In this document: piece after piece, positions 25,578-39,240 of the stretch
Position numbering within the stretch: the first letter of the stretch is position 1
How the letters are laid out: every line of letters begins with the position of its first letter
Source: Octopus vulgaris
Taxonomy: Eukaryota
Direction: 5' to 3'
Length of the DNA stretch: 64,000 nucleotides
NCBI GenBank assembly: GCA_951406725.2
Contig: OX597826.1
Location: 8,804,001-8,868,000 of the forward strand
Notes under the pieces: generated by a model
Seen by the model: the letters and a program-made list of their open reading frames with translations, nothing else
The model's database searches: none
Told to the model about the DNA's origin: nothing
Translations under genes and position numbers: made by a program

Positions 25578-25720
25578 CGACGGGCTTCTGTCAGTTTTTG
25601 TCTACTAAATCTATTCACAAGGCTTTGTTCAGCCCGAGGCACTTGCCTAAGGTGCCACTTAGTGACACTGAACCTGGAACCATATAGTTTGAATGCAAAC
25701 TTCTTACCACACAACCACAT
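25578..25720 (-). mobile_element. SINE family 1, 5' half fragment
   Basis: cgacgggcttctgtcagttt...ctattcacaaggctttg...aaggtgccac...cttaccacaca. Confidence 0.7.
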
Positions 25721-26480
25721 CGTCTCAATCGCTATGTAACTGTCGAAAGCTTTGAAGCCTTCTTGAAAATAAAAAGATTAGATATATAATTGTCCAGTAT
25801 GGGCGAATAATATTTTTCAGACACTGCTAATATTTATATGGATACCTGCCTTCATGTGGAGACCACCCACTGTTTGCAATGTGTAATAACTACAAATGCC
25901 ACACAAGTATAATAATTTGAGCGCGCTTTCCAAACCTCAGTAATTGAATATCCCTAAACGGGATTAAGTATGAGTAAACAAGAGATTTTCTGAACAGTTA
26001 ATTTATGATCACGCCCTAGTAGCTGTGTATACTGACATTTCATTTTATATACACACATACATACATACATACATACATACATACATACATACATACATAC
26101 TTACATACATACATGCATATGTATATGTATATATACATATGGTGGGTATGAATATATGTGTGTGCGCAGGAGTGCGTGTATGCAAGTGTATGTGTCTATG
26201 TATGTATGTATGCATGTATGTATGTATGCATGTATGTATGCATATTATATACGCACATAGCCCATATACGTATACAAACATACACACAACAACCACAGAC
26301 ATACAGAGCACACTCATATGGATATATATATATATATACATACATATATATTGAATTGCTTAATAGAAGTTTTTCTCTAAATTGAACACATATATTATAT
26401 ATTGTGAAATTTGATTTAGAATTGCTAACATGAATTTTTCCCTGTAAGTTTGGAATTATATTCCCTACTACTACTACTAC

Positions 26481-26581
<101 letters not shown>

Positions 26582-27038
26582 CATATACATACATACATAC
26601 ATATATATTGTACATTATTTGTCAGTTTCCCTTGGTTGGAATTCCATCTCTTAGATTTGAATTTCCTTCACTGGGCACTAAATACTGCCTCTAGCTTGAA
26701 AACGACTGGGTTACAACCAACACCACAAGATACAAAACCTTTGTTCTAAGATGTCAAACGTAACCGTAATTGTTGTTGATGTTTTCGGTGCCATTAATGA
26801 TAATGTTTGTCGCCATATTACCAGAACGAGTAACTTTTTTTGAGAGGTATCAGGAAGTTCATTTTTGATGTTTACTTTCTTTTATACAGAGGATACAGAG
26901 AGTAATCTGAGTGAGATTTGGTTGCCTGTTTACCAAGAGAAAATGAAATCCAGTAATGGACCCGTTCCCTGATACTAGGGTCCTTATTTTTAAATTAATC
27001 CACTGAGTGAAACTTAAATAATTCATTGATATTCTGTA

Positions 27039-27461
27039 TAAGGCGGCAAGATGGCAGATTCGTTGCCGCACCGGGCAGATTGCTTAGTAACATTTCGTCC
27101 ATTTCTAAGTTCTTAGTTCGACGTTGCCTTTCATCATTTTGTGGTCCATAAAATATATACCAGTTGAGCACTGGGGTCGATGTAATCGACTTACCCACTC
27201 TCCTAAAATCGTTGGCCTTGTGCCAAAATTTGAAAACAATCTTTTGTATAACTAAGGCAGAATCGTTACAGCGCCGGGTAAGTTGCTTAGCAGTATTTCG
27301 TCCTTTTTTACGTTCCGAGTTCCAATTCCGCCCATGTCGACTTCGCGTTTCATCTTCTCAGGGTCGATAAAATAAATACCAGTTTAGCACTGGGGTCGAT
27401 GTAATCGACTTCACCTTCACCCGAAATTGCTGGCCTCGTGCCAAAATTTGAAACCAATATT
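27039..27461 (+). mobile_element. Two tandem SINE family 2 copies, tail type B
   Basis: Both end actggggtcgatgtaatcgact...gcc(t/c)tgtgccaaaatttgaaa. Confidence 0.8.
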
Positions 27462-27714
27462 TTGTATAAATTAAAAGTACTGGATTATTAAGATTGCTGA
27501 TGAGTTAAACAAGACGCCATGCAATGCTTAATTACGGCCATTTATATTCAGATTTCACATCCTGCCGAGGCCAACTTTGGTTTCTACCCTTCCGTGGTCG
27601 ATAATATAAAGTACCAGTTAGGTACTGAGGTAAATTTGATGAACTATACCCTAGGGATGGCTGATGTTTCCGCGGTCCACATAACAATGACAAACACCAT
27701 CTGGTAATCAATCG

Positions 27715-27927
27715 TTTACTCTTTTTATCTTTTACTTGTTTCAGTCATTTGACTGCGGCCATGCTGGAGCAACGCCTTTAGTCGAGCAAATCGATCCCAG
27801 GACTTATTCTTTGTAAGCCTAGTACTTATTCTATCGGTCTCTTTTGCCAAACCGCTAAGTTACGGGGACCTAAACACACCAGCATCGGTTGTCAAGCGAT
27901 GTTGGGGGGACAAACACAAACACACAA

Positions 27928-27964
<37 letters not shown>

Positions 27965-27966
27965 TA

Positions 27967-28022
<56 letters not shown>

Positions 28023-28189
28023 TACGATGTACTTCTTTTCAGTTTCCGTCTACCAAATCCACTCAGAAGGCTTTGGTCGGCCCGAGGCTATAGAAGAAAA
28101 CACTTGCCCAAGGTGCCACACAGTGGGACTGAACCCGGAACCATGTGGTTGGTAAGCAAGCTACTTACCACACAGCCACTCCTGCACCT
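27715..28189 (-). mobile_element. SINE family 1, full length
   Basis: Matches 18075-18468 with a longer internal (CA)n(TA)n tract. Confidence 0.9.
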
Positions 28190-28678
28190 ATGTTTATTCA
28201 GATTCTTTGGTAAATTTCCATAGTTTTCACTTTTTAGTTTCGCAAGTGCAAGCTCCGTGAATCAGAGGAAGCTTGTTCCAGCGCATCTCCTGCATCATCC
28301 TCCGGGGACAACACCTTTTCCATTTTGCCTACTGTTACCATGACATGGTCTGAATTACAGATAATTGTACTTTCCACGCCTTGATATAAAGTTACCCCAT
28401 ATAAATTACTCTATTAAATTCTCGTTTCTGTTTTGCAAGCAAGCGAACCGTTGCAGCATCCCTTCTGCTCAGCTCGAAAGGTTTGTCTTCCTTATTTCTT
28501 CCAGGTTTATTTACTGGTGTTCTAGAAACAGTTGCGTGTTTTTCCAGGTATTCATTTATTGCCAGGTCTTCTAGAAAAAAATATTTATTTTTCCAGAAAT
28601 TTATTTATGTATTTCCTGGTCGTCTAGAAACAGATTTGTTTGTTTTTTTTTCCAGAAGATTATTCTCAAAAACAACAG

Positions 28679-28888
28679 TTTCAAATTTTGGCACAAGACC
28701 GGCAATTTCATAGGACAGGGTAAGTCGATTACATCGACCCCCAGCGCTCAACTGATACTTATTTTATCATCTTCTAAGGGATAAAAGGTAAAGTCGACCT
28801 CAGCGAAATTTGAACTCATAATGTAATGAGGGACGACATGCCGCTGAGCATTTTTCCCGGCATGCTGACGCTTCTGCCGGCTCGCCTT
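28679..28888 (-). mobile_element. SINE family 2, tail type B
   Basis: tttcaaattttggcacaag...aagtcgattacatcgacccc...aaagtcgacctcagcgaaatttgaactc. Confidence 0.8.
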
Positions 28889-29266
28889 TTTATTTTCTAC
28901 AACATCACTAACGTTAAGGCTTCGTAAGCTGTCGGAAGGCGGGTTATGGACCTGTAGATTTATGGTTTCTTGTTTCTTTAGCCTTGGCGGGGATTAAGAT
29001 GATTTCCATTCAGGAAGACAGTCATATGTTGTCGCTGCCTACCTCGGTATCTTATTAATCATTCTATTCGTCTGAAGACTAAATAAGAGCGGATTCTTGG
29101 GAATAACTAAAAGCTTAGTGCATCCACGGTTCGGAAGAACGCAGCTGCTTCATGTTAGTGTCCTCCTCCTGGTAACAACATAAACAGGAATAAATTCACA
29201 CACACACACACACTCACAAACACACACACACACAACACACACACATACAATATATATATACAAAAT

Positions 29267-29353
<87 letters not shown>

Positions 29354-29398
29354 TGTGTGAGTGTGTGTGTGTGTGTATATATTATGTGTATGTATATG

Positions 29399-29430
<32 letters not shown>

Positions 29431-29857
29431 CATACATACGTACAGACACACACACACACGCACACACACACACACACACATACATATATATATACAAATA
29501 TATACACACGGGGATGAATCACTCACTACTCTATTCCTCTGACTTCTTGATAAAAGGAGTCGGAGGGAAAAGCGAATCATGGATTGAAGATGATTGAAGA
29601 TGATGATGATCCTCATCATCATCATCATCATCATGACGACGACGACGACCACGACGACGACAGCCGCGATGATATGATGATGATCATGGTGGTGACGATG
29701 TGACGATTTGAAGTCGACGACGACAACAACAACAACGACAACTGCGATGATGTTAATGATGACATTTCAAATACATCAAACTTCTGAGTCACTGTAAAAA
29801 CATTATCGATTTATGGACAGTTTGTTGAATATCTTACTTAAACACACACACACACAT

Positions 29858-29952
<95 letters not shown>

Positions 29953-29953
29953 C

Positions 29954-30038
<85 letters not shown>

Positions 30039-30798
30039 CACATAAGTAATTGACATAAATATGTAGAAGACTTCTTATTCATACTATTATTATTACTCTT
30101 TCAATATTCTTCTTTTCCTTCTTTTCTTTCTTTCATTTTTTTTTCCCGTTATTAATTTTCTCTTTCTACTTATGATTATTATTATTATTACTGCTGTTGT
30201 TGTTTTACTGCTGCTGCTGTTGTTGTTGTTGTTAAACAAATCATTATTATTATTATTATTACTTTCACACATGTATGAAAGCGAAGAGAAGCCAAAAAAT
30301 ATATATATATATTAAATAGATAGATAGATAAAAAAAAAATTAAATAAATAGATTAGACAACTAGTGTTTGAATACAGTCAAATCAGATCTAGTACATTTA
30401 TAGTCAAGTCAAACATAGTAGGTCCATAAACAATTCCTGTCACACAAACTGCTATCAGAACGTCTTGCCAATGACCGGAAACTGGTCGTAAATACGTTTT
30501 GTATAATGAGATTTTTAGATGGAAGTAATTGAATATTATCGATCTTGAAGAGGTAGATATGACTATCACTTATTTACAACTATTTGCTTTTGTGGTGATG
30601 GTGCAAGGTTGATGGAAGTTGTAATGTGTTGCCGGTTCGCTTACGGAGTGAGAGGAAACATTTAGCGCTGCTTGCTATAAAGCTGTACTTTGCTTTACTA
30701 TGCTATGCTATGGAGGTGTGATGATGGCTAAAAGAAAAAGTAAGGTTTCCAGTCTGGGATCTAAGGACGCTTTGGAGGGCTTTTTCGTGTGGTAATAG

Positions 30799-30866
<68 letters not shown>

Positions 30867-30944
30867 ATGTATTCTGGTTTAGACCGGTGTGAATACCTAG
30901 TGGTTTTATCGACTTTAAAGAATAGTAATATATTAAGTCAACTA

Positions 30945-31120
30945 AAGGCGGCAACCTTGCAGAATCGTCAGATCACCATGCAAAATACTTTGCTGCAATT
31001 TCGTCCGTCCTTACGTTCTGAATTCAAATTCTGCTGAGCTTGACTTTGCCTTGCATCATTTTGGGGTCGATAACACAAGTACCAGTTGAACACTGAAATA
31101 GATACAATCGACTAGCCCCC
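30945..31120 (+). mobile_element. SINE family 2
   Basis: aaggcggc...gcagaatcg...ttacgttctgaattcaaatt...ggggtcgataa. Confidence 0.75.
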
Positions 31121-31179
31121 ACCCCATCACCTAATCATCCCCCGAATATATATGACTGTAGATATACAACCACATCCTC

Positions 31180-31580
31180 TTTTAGATTGCGCCTTAAAGA
31201 TGAAGGAAATCCATACGAAATTAAATGGAGGCTCATAGAGCCTGTATGAACGGGACCGAACGATGCAAGTTTTATATAGCAGATTGGGCAAGGATCCTTA
31301 AACACTCGCTTGATCCAGAGACCGTTTTAAACTCCAGAAACGAAATCTATAGCCCTTGTCTGCATTTCAAACGCCACCGGCTGCAGGCGTAGGATTCCCC
31401 GTTCGTTGATTAGGGCTATAAAAAATAACTGCGGACTGGAACCAACCTAAGGGCAGAGATACTCCGTTCGTCGATTGGGACAATAACAATTTGCTAACCG
31501 GACCGATCTAAAGGCGATAACCCGTCTTGTTTAAGGCTCAGGCAATATATAATATTCTTTTGTTTACAAATTAACCAACC
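31180..31580 (+). mobile_element. Penelope-like element 3' fragment (GIY-YIG C-terminus + UTR)
   Basis: RLKDEGNPYEIKWRLIE / NGTERCKFYIADWARILKHSLDPETVLNSRNEIYSPCLHFKRH* matches the PLE C-terminal pattern LK..Y.I.W...C...LN.R.E....C.H. Confidence 0.7.
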
Positions 31581-31584
31581 GTAA

Positions 31585-31840
31585 CGCTGGAACTAGACTG
31601 GACATGTCCTGAGGACAAGATCGAAAGAGCGATTGTATGGTAGCGTTAAATTGGCAGCCTGAGGGAGAAAGAGCAGATGAGCGTCATAAAACCACGTGGC
31701 GAAGGACCATTGACAAGGTAAGGAGGCGAAAAGGGTGGAGAAACTGGAATGGGACCAAAGCAGCGGCAGAAAACAGAGCTGTTAGCCGGAGAGATCGTGT
31801 TGCGGCTTTATATGCTTTGTGACATGGGGAGAACTAAATA
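31585..31840 (+). mobile_element. RTE-clade LINE 3' end
   Basis: RWN*TGHVLR...MVALNWQPEGERADERHKTTWRRT...W...AAAENR...VAAL, the typical RTE ORF C-terminus. Confidence 0.8.
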
Positions 31841-32304
31841 AACAACCAATGTAAGGTAATACAACAATTTTTCTTCTCATTTACTGAAACCACTTTATAT
31901 ATTTGGTCTCACATCTTGCCTACATTGCGTATGATTTTTATTCTTTTATTTTCTTTTTTTTTCAGGGATTTATATCATATTTAAATAAATACATATACAA
32001 TCATACTTCAACGTACGTTGGCAAAAGGTTGCAAAATATGCGACTTAACTCGAAAAACGACGCATTAGAAACAAAATACATATTTGCTCATATATACTCT
32101 AATAAACAGTTTGTACATCTTTTCACACATGTTATTTAATTTCCAGATTCGCTATTTGTTTAAGTTTATTTCGTTCATTGATTTTTTTTTTTTTAATGTA
32201 ACATAAAGTCGAAAACGACGAAACAGGAAACGACGTAAGTTGGGGTATGTTTTTATTTAAAATGGAAAGTGTGACTCTTCACACAGGTACGAAATATCGA
32301 TTGC

Positions 32305-32508
32305 AAATTTTGGCACAAGGCTAACAATGTCGGGAGAGGTGTAAGTCGATTACATCGATCCAGGTACTCAACTGGTATTTATTTTATCGACCCCGAAAGG
32401 ATGAAACGTAAAGTCGACTTCAGTGGAATTTGAACTCAGAACGTGAAGGCGGGCGAAATGCTAAGTATTTTGCCCGGCATGCTAACGATTCTGCCAGCTC
32501 ACCGCCTT
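32305..32508 (-). mobile_element. SINE family 2, full length
   Basis: Ends gattctgccagctcaccgcctt, the reverse complement of the family head. Confidence 0.85.
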
Positions 32509-32518
32509 GTCTTAGAGC

Positions 32519-32592
<74 letters not shown>

Positions 32593-32603
32593 CAACAACA
32601 ACA

Positions 32604-32748
32604 ACATCGAAAAATACCTTAGGAATGATAACCTAGGTTCGAAATTTCCCCAAGACACCTGATGAAGGATGGAGGATATATCAGCCGAAACGTTGTGTTA
32701 ACAAACAAGATGAGGACAAATATCGTCGAATGTAAATAATGTAAATAA
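32604..32748 (+). mobile_element. Short non-coding repeat carrying a minimal hammerhead motif
   Basis: Second copy at 54524-54693; both follow (TAA/CAA)n and contain repeated tgtaaataa units near the 3' end. Confidence 0.75.
32654..32699 (+). ncRNA. Minimal type I hammerhead ribozyme motif
   Basis: acac-CTGATGA-a-ggatg(gaggatatat)cagcc-GAAAC-GTT-gtgt: helix I acac/gtgt, helix II with one mismatch, palindromic aacgtt in place of helix III. Confidence 0.6.
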
Positions 32749-35490
32749 AGAGAGTAAGTTACAGGAAAGCACAAGAAGAAATACAACACAGAAAATGCAG
32801 CAGATATCATGACGGTTATAAAATATAAATCATATATAAAGAGAATTATATGAAACAAACTTGGACTAAATATAGAAAACGTGAACGTATCAAAATCGTC
32901 GTAAAAGTGAACAGAAAATGCATTCTGCCGAGCCATAAAATAACACAAATAATATTATACAAAAGCACTAAAATAAAAAAAAAAGTGTTGTTATCGATAA
33001 CAAACCAGAAGTATGTAAGACTTCGTACAAAAAATATTCTGCTAGTTGTGTATTCAATGCCTCGAAAAGAAGAGCAGTTCCCCGTGTGTGTGTGTGTGTG
33101 TGTGGGTGTGTGTGTGCGTGTGTGTGTGTGCGCGCGCCCGTATATTTACATATCTGTATGTGTGTGTATGTGTGCATATGTGTGCGTGTTTGAGTCCGTG
33201 TGCATGCTTATATGTGCGAATATATGTGTATGTATATTTATATATATATATGCATGTATGTATATATATATATGCATATGTGTATATATATATTTATATA
33301 TATATATATTTATATATATATATGCATGTATGTATATATACATATATGCATATGTGTATATGAATATATATATATATATACTGTACATATAACTGTCTAT
33401 ATATTATATAGACATATAGATATGTATATGTGTGGGTGTATATATACCTATATATATGTATGTATGTGTGTATATATATATATATATATATGTGTCTGTG
33501 TGTATATGTATGTATATATGTATATATGTATACATATATATATATGTATGTATGTGTGTGCATGTATGTATGTGTGTATGTATGTATGTATGTATGTATG
33601 TATGCATGTATGTATTTATGTATGCATGCATGCATGCATGTATGTATGTATGTATGCATGTATATATGTATGTATGCATGCATGTATGTATGTATTATGT
33701 AAGTATGTATGCATGTATTATGTATGCATGCATGTAAGCATGTATGTATGCATGTATGTACGAATGTATGTATATATGTATTTATATATATGTATATATA
33801 TGTATGCATGTATGTATGCATGTATGTATGTATGTATGTATGTGTGTGTGTATGTATGTATGTATGTATGTATGTATGTATGTATGTATGTATGTATGTA
33901 TGTATGTATGTATGCATGTATGTATGTATGTATGTATAAAATAAGAGTCGTGGTCTTGTACCAAAGTTAGAAATCGTTATTACGTTTTCCTCAAGAGAAG
34001 AAGGGAAAATTACTTTTCTATTGGTTTGTTAGAAGTTATGAAATGAAAATCTAACAACAACAAAGAAAAGCAGCCGACAAAAAAAAAAGTTGTACTGAAA
34101 CTGAAACGAAGACAGATAAAAGCGAACAAAGAAATTGGCAATTGGTAGTTCTCTAAATAACCATTGTGAGTTTGGTTACAAGTTTTATTTGAGAATGGTT
34201 TTTAATATAACTCTATCAATTTTGCCGCTTGGGTGAATATTAGTGTGTGATGAGACAAAATGGTGAAGTATGGGAAAGTTACTGAAAACCGAAAGAGGAA
34301 GGTGGGGGTTAATGAATGAATAAAGAATAAGAAGAAAAAATACGAATGAAAGAAGGAAGTAAAGTGAAAGGAAGGAAGAAACAAGCAAATGAAAAGAGAG
34401 ATGTAAAGGAAGAAGAGAAGAAAGAAGAACGAAAGAATAGAGAGAAAGGAAGCGGAAAGGAAAAAGAACAGGAAGAAAGAAAAACAAATGCAAAAATATA
34501 GGTAAAAAGAAATTTATATAAATATTGGTGAAAACAGTTATCAAAATGGAGAATGTGTGTTTGTAGCTATTGTTGTTCTTATTATTGTTATTGTACTTGC
34601 TTCTGCTGCTGCTGCTGTTGTTGTTGTTCTTGTTTAAAGTTCAATGTTTTTATTTAGTGCTTCAATATTGTGCCACCTTCGTAAGGGGGTTGCTATTGTA
34701 GCTGTTACCAGTGGGATATTCTGCATTGCAAGTTTTCACTACGGGGAATGTTGTAATTTTGTTTGTAATAGAGAGTAACTTAAAATATGATTATTTCCCT
34801 GTCTGCCTTTTATCAACATTTCTTGCATTTTTGTACAACATTTCAAGAATTGCATAAGAATATTATGTTTTTATATACTATGCCAAGAAGGAAATACATC
34901 TTTTTGATGTGCTGACGTAAGAGACAATAGTTTCGATAGCAGACTAAATATTAATGACTTTTAAGGATGCAGTGTTTCGTTATGCAACCATGATACACTT
35001 TAAAGTATATTAAACGTTTTTATAAGTCAATACCATGTTTTACTGTGTTAGCACCTTAACAAGTGAGATAACCTTATCAAGTGAACAGACTAAATATATT
35101 GATAACGTTGATATCCTTTCTTTCATACTCCAGATATATTAGGAGAATGTAGAAGAGATTCTTTTTTTTTTCTAAACGTGTGGGCATGCCTGTACTTGAA
35201 CTATTTTCCGTAAAACTTGGATAGTTTCTCTTATTTCCTTCTGTTAATGATACATAGACTAGAGCCAATGCCTGCTGGAATACTGTTGTAGCATTCAGAT
35301 GTTGACGGAATCCTTAGAGCGTCGATAAAAATGCCTTTATAGTTTGGATTAAAATCCCACCAAAATCAACATTGTCTTTCATCTCTCCAAGGTCGATAAA
35401 ATAGAGTACTCCTCTAGTACTAGGGCCTATAGTAACGGCTAACATTCTACCCTTCAAAATTGCTGGCCTGGTTCCTAAAACAGAAACCAA

Positions 35491-35564
<74 letters not shown>

Positions 35565-35606
35565 TATTATTATTTTATCATCATTATTATTATTATTGAT
35601 CCCCAC

Positions 35607-35649
<43 letters not shown>

Positions 35650-35895
35650 AGCCATAGAGCTAGTACCTGTTACTGCATCAGGGCATTTATTTTTTTGGTC
35701 AAGTCGCTCTTATTCCTGATAGGATTTATGATGATAGGGTTACCTTAACTTTAGGTATCCACAGTTTTATAGTCTCTCATGCTTAGAACCTCATGATAAT
35801 CTGTCCCTAAGAGACAAACTTTCTGCTGAACTGTACCGAGATTTGTTTTCTCCTTATTATTATTATTATTATTATTATTATCATTATTATTATTA

Positions 35896-36249
35896 TTACC
35901 ACCGCAGAGGTATTGTTTTTAGTCGTGTTTGTTTGCCTGTCCTTGGACATGATATCTCAAGAACCGCTGGATGGATTCGGATGAAACTTTCGGGGATGTT
36001 TGGCCACATAACTGGCACGAATCGATTAGATTTTGGAATCGATCCGGTACCGGACAAGGATTCTGGATTATTTTCCTTGTTTTTTTACTTAATTTTTGAG
36101 AGAGGTCGGGTTCATTTTTAATATTCTCGTTTGTGAGAGCAGTAGAGTTTATTTCAGATTTTCTCATTTTAAAGATCATCTCTGGCTAATCGTTGAGGGG
36201 ACGTTTGTGTTGACATGGCGGACGTTTGCGCTCTTTGAGTGCTCTTGTT
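35896..36249 (+). mobile_element. Helentron-associated non-autonomous element (HINE/DINE-1-like)
   Basis: 5' ttaccaccgc..gaggtattgtttt, gtttgtttgcctgtcc, gatatctcaagaaccgctggatggatt..gatgaaacttt; 3' inverted ggcgga.gt plus terminal hairpin gcgctc..gagtgc; T-rich flanks. Confidence 0.7.
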
Positions 36250-36268
36250 GTTGTTGTTATTGTCGTCG

Positions 36269-36306
<38 letters not shown>

Positions 36307-36449
36307 ATGTGCCTTCAATATTTGGTAGATTTAGACAAATTTCTACTACATCACCTACTACACCTCCGTGTTGCTACGGTGTGTGCTGTAATGTGTGTTA
36401 TTTTCTGCTGTTGGAAGTGTACGAACTTTTCCCGTTACTGTATTGTGTT

Positions 36450-36805
36450 AGCATAGGATATGGGCAGTTCCCATGAGCACTATCTTTTGAATTTCTGCCA
36501 TTTTGGGGTTTCCTGGTATCTGAGCTAGGTAGCAATCAGCCCCTTTTGCTATCATTCCCAGGGCACCTATGACAACAGGTATTGTTTTAGTCTTCAGATT
36601 CCACATTTTGCTAATTTCTATTTCAAGATCTTTAAACTTACTCAGTTTTTTGGTAGGTCTTGACAGATACGTTTATATCGATTGGGACAGTCATATCAAT
36701 GAGAAGGCATGATTTTTGCCTGAAGTCTTTCAGTATGATGTCTGGCCTATTTGCAGCGATCTTTCTGTCAGTTTGAATGGTGAAGTTCCAGAGGAGTGAG
36801 ACGTG
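36450..36805 (-). mobile_element. R4/Dong LINE fragment E (same subfamily as element C)
   Basis: Reverse complement aligns closely with ~7515-7870 (HVSLLWNF...RPDII...AEIQKIVLMGTAHIL); 5' junction in (AAT)n. Confidence 0.9.
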
Positions 36806-37291
36806 AATTTATTATCATTATTATTATTGTTGTTGTTGTTGTTGTTGTATTGGTGGTGGTGGTGGTGGTGGTGGTGGTGGTGGTGGAGGTGGTGGTGATT
36901 GTTGCTGTTGCTGTTGTTGTTGTTGTATATTGTTATTTGAAAAAGTGCACGTATGTACGAGTGTACGTGCATGTGTGTATATATATATATATGTGAGTAT
37001 GCCCATACGCGCTTCAGTGTGAGTGGATATTATACATCCGTACATGCAAGCATGTATGCAAGTACGTCTCCGTGCGTGAATGTGAATAAACGCTTGTGCA
37101 TGTAAACATGTTTGTGTATATGCAAGTGCATACTTGCACGGAGTATGACCGTAGGTTTGTGCATGTGCTTATACGCATGAGTGTAAATGTATGCGTATGC
37201 GTATGAAAGAGAGTGTGTGTGTGTGTGTGTATGAGAAAGAGAGAGAGAGCGTGTGTGTGCATATGTATGTGTGTTTGTGCGTAAGAGTTTG

Positions 37292-37326
<35 letters not shown>

Positions 37327-37549
37327 CTGTGTGTGTGTGTGTGTGTGTCTGTGTGTGTGTGTGTGTGCATCGGTATGTGTATGCGTATGCCTGTGCGTGT
37401 GTTTACGTGTGATGTGACGTGTTGTTTGCTCACAGTAAATGTTCAGATGAACTAAAATGGCAGTTTCAGGAAAGGTCTTTAGTGAAAATATCAAAGACAT
37501 GTAATATTGTCAACAACACTTCTTTATTGTTTATTCAGACCGGATGACG

Positions 37550-37551
37550 TA

Positions 37552-37587
<36 letters not shown>

Positions 37588-37638
37588 GACGACGACGACG
37601 ACGACGACGATCATCATCATCATCATCATGACGACGAC

Positions 37639-37677
<39 letters not shown>

Positions 37678-38227
37678 GATGATGATCACGATGATCATGA
37701 TGATCATGGTCATCACATCATGGTGGTGGTGGTGGTGTGGAGGAGGAGAAGGTGGGGCTGTGGTAGCGGTGGTAATGGTGATGATGATGATGATGATGAT
37801 GATGATAAAATCGATGTGGAGTCGAATGGGGAGGAGGAAGAGGACGACACGACGACGGCTACGACGATAATCATAATGACGTGGGCGACGAAAACGACGA
37901 CGATGACCGTGTTGATCATGGTAATGATGATGATGAGGAGGAGGAGGAGGATTATGATGACGATGACGAGGATGATAAAGAGAAACGTGATGTAGCTGCA
38001 CTAGCTACTAGTGATAGCCAAGGAAAAATTAATGTTTTTTTTTATATAATTTATATATTTCATCATCATCATCATCATCACCATTATTATGCTTATGACA
38101 ATGACGACGACGACGGCGACGAAGACGACGACGACGATGATGACGACGACGACGATGATGACGATGATGACGATGATGACGATGATAACGATGATGACGA
38201 TGATGATGATGATGATGATGATGACAA

Positions 38228-38260
<33 letters not shown>

Positions 38261-38302
38261 TGATGACGATGATGACGATGACGATGACAGCGATGATGAT
38301 GT
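37550..38302. repeat. Compound (GAT/GAC/CAT/GGT)n trinucleotide region
   Basis: Direct inspection. Confidence 0.9.
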
Positions 38303-38584
38303 TATATTTTGTGTTATTCATTTACGCTCCATTGAACACGTCGCCTTGATTCTTTTTCATATTGTTGTTGTTACAGGTATCGTAGTTGTTGTCGTTGATG
38401 TGGTAGTAGGTTTTGTATTCTTCTTCTTCTTCTTCTTCTTCTTCTTCTTGTGGTTAATGTGGTAGTAGGTTCTTGTTGTTGTTGCAATTTAATATTTTGC
38501 CTCATTTAAAAAAAAAAAGAAATTTTTTTTAATGTTCGTATTTTCACTTGACTGAACACATTGAAACATTATTCTTGCTGTTGA

Positions 38585-38616
<32 letters not shown>

Positions 38617-38968
38617 TTGCTGTTGTTAGTGTGGTTGTTATTGTTTATTGCTGTTGATGTTGTTGGTGTTGTTATTGTTGTTGTGCTCGCTATTGTTCTT
38701 GCTTGCATTGAGGTAATTTCGTATGCGTCTGTATATGATTACACGTATACAGACACACATACACATGGGGAAACCTGCATACACGCATACATATATGTAC
38801 ATACATACACATTCATGCGCCTAGATACACATATAAACATGCATACATATATATATATATAAATAAAAAATATACATACATATATATGTATATATACATC
38901 TATATATATATATGTATATTTATATGCATATATATATATATACATATATACACATATACATATACATA

Positions 38969-39030
<62 letters not shown>

Positions 39031-39240
39031 GTATATGTATATGTATATATATATACACGAATGTTGCATATATATGTACGCATGCATTGACAAATACATA
39101 CACACACATGTATCTACATACTCACACATACATGAACACAAATCCGCATATATGCATATATACTGACACAGATACGCACAAACATATACACGTATATAAA
39201 TATACACTCGCAGTTGAATGTGCATGTATATCGACGTATG

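Noticed and set aside
27653-28670. hAT-like start tagggatggc and ~45 bp degenerate repeats at 28500-28660
   Set aside because: No partner TIR or TSD identified; no recognisable transposase.
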